Below, in pieces: positions 36,099-36,617 of a DNA stretch of 36,617 nucleotides. Every line of letters starts with the position of its first letter. The first letter of the stretch is position 1. Source of the stretch: a virus (taxonomy: Duplodnaviria > Caudoviricetes); IMG/VR virus record IMGVR_UViG_3300032212_000081, positions 1-36,617 of that record. One strand, written 5' to 3'. The position numbers and the translations under genes are program-made. Under the pieces are notes generated by a model, which ran no database searches, was not told the DNA's origin, and was given only the letters and a program-made list of their open reading frames with translations.

Positions 36099-36477
36099 TG
36101 GTTAATAATTCTGTATTTTCGTGAATGTTGCCGATTACACGCCAATCAAAGTCGTAGATATGAAACCAATCTCCTTCACAATTAGCAGGGTCAGCCATCC
36201 AATATCCCTCATCAGAGAATTTTACAATATATATCTTGTCGCCTTCTTCTCGAAGCAAGTCTGAGTCATAAATCTCAACACCGTTTTTATCTTTTAGGCC
36301 GGTGTATTGCATGACCTGATAATCCTTGTGGTACTCAGTATTTATTCCGCTTTCAGATTTAGGCAAGGCGTACATAAATAAGGCACCTTTAGTATTTATG
36401 TAAAATGAATCTTCTTTGTCAGAATAAACCATTTCAGTATTTCTGGAATCCCAAGCCCTAAACTTAATCTCTCTCAT
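36088..36477 (-). CDS. YopX family protein (second copy)
   Basis: MREIKFRAW, MQYTGLKDKNGVEIY, VIGNIHEN.ELL. Confidence 0.92.
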   Translation of the reverse strand: MREIKFRAWDSRNTEMVYSDKEDSFYINTKGALFMYALPKSESGINTEYHKDYQVMQYTGLKDKNGVEIYDSDLLREEGDKIYIVKFSDEGYWMADPANCEGDWFHIYDFDWRVIGNIHENTELLTNDK

Positions 36478-36617
36478 CTCACTGCCTCTCTCATTTTCCT
36501 AATGGCCTCGTTAGCCGTGTTAGGGTTGCACTTGTGGGTTATTCCAGCTCTATTCTGTCTTTAATCTGCTGGCGTAATTTTACTCTGTTATCAAATGGCG
36601 TTTTCATGCCGTCTATC

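Larger units (their letters stand above)
1..36617. mobile_element. Partial genome of a P22/Sf6-like podovirus (phage or prophage)
   Basis: Ordered terS-terL-portal-scaffold-coat-gp4-gp10-ejection-tailspike block, lysis genes, nin/YopX/YqaJ genes; no host housekeeping genes. Confidence 0.96.

Noticed and set aside
5693-36477. Diversity-generating retroelement TR/VR pair
   Set aside because: No reverse transcriptase is present; the repeats are short conserved coding blocks, not adenine-specific variants.
1-36617. Genome-wide TAG reassignment (alternative genetic code)
   Set aside because: TAG ends several apparently complete genes (3760, 6374, 13351, 34700), and the long structural genes are uninterrupted; only one internal TAG was found.
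1-36617. CRISPR array, IS elements, terminal repeats
   Set aside because: No regularly spaced repeats or transposase seen; the two window ends do not overlap.

Overview
Most of the genome of a P22/Sf6-like podovirus, probably infecting a Gram-negative proteobacterium; the host cannot be determined from the sequence. (i) A leftward arm of small genes (1-3015) starts at a Cro-like HTH gene and includes an HNH-AP2 endonuclease. It probably continues, past sequence missing from the window, into the leftward yopX/ninB/ninG genes at 34727-36477. (ii) A divergent promoter/operator region lies at about 3045-3170. (iii) A rightward early/middle arm encodes a YqaJ exonuclease and partner, YopX, an SF2 helicase broken by one in-frame TAG, a DNA methyltransferase, a MazG-like enzyme and SSB. 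(iv) An extended -10 promoter precedes a structured RNA and a 181-nt tRNA-like RNA that has a second tRNA-like element nested inside it. (v) Lysis genes follow, then a four-gene putative virion-appendage cassette. (vi) The morphogenesis block is complete: terS, terL, portal, scaffold, coat, gp4, gp10, three ejection proteins and two receptor-binding proteins. No integrase, CI or replication initiator was recognised. All product calls come from motif recognition by eye, not database searches. The best leads are the nested tRNA-like RNA, a structured element with a 12-nt complement of the 16S rRNA 3' end, a gene fission at an expected Asp-Pro site, the amber-interrupted helicase, and two inverted yopX genes sharing DNA-identical blocks.
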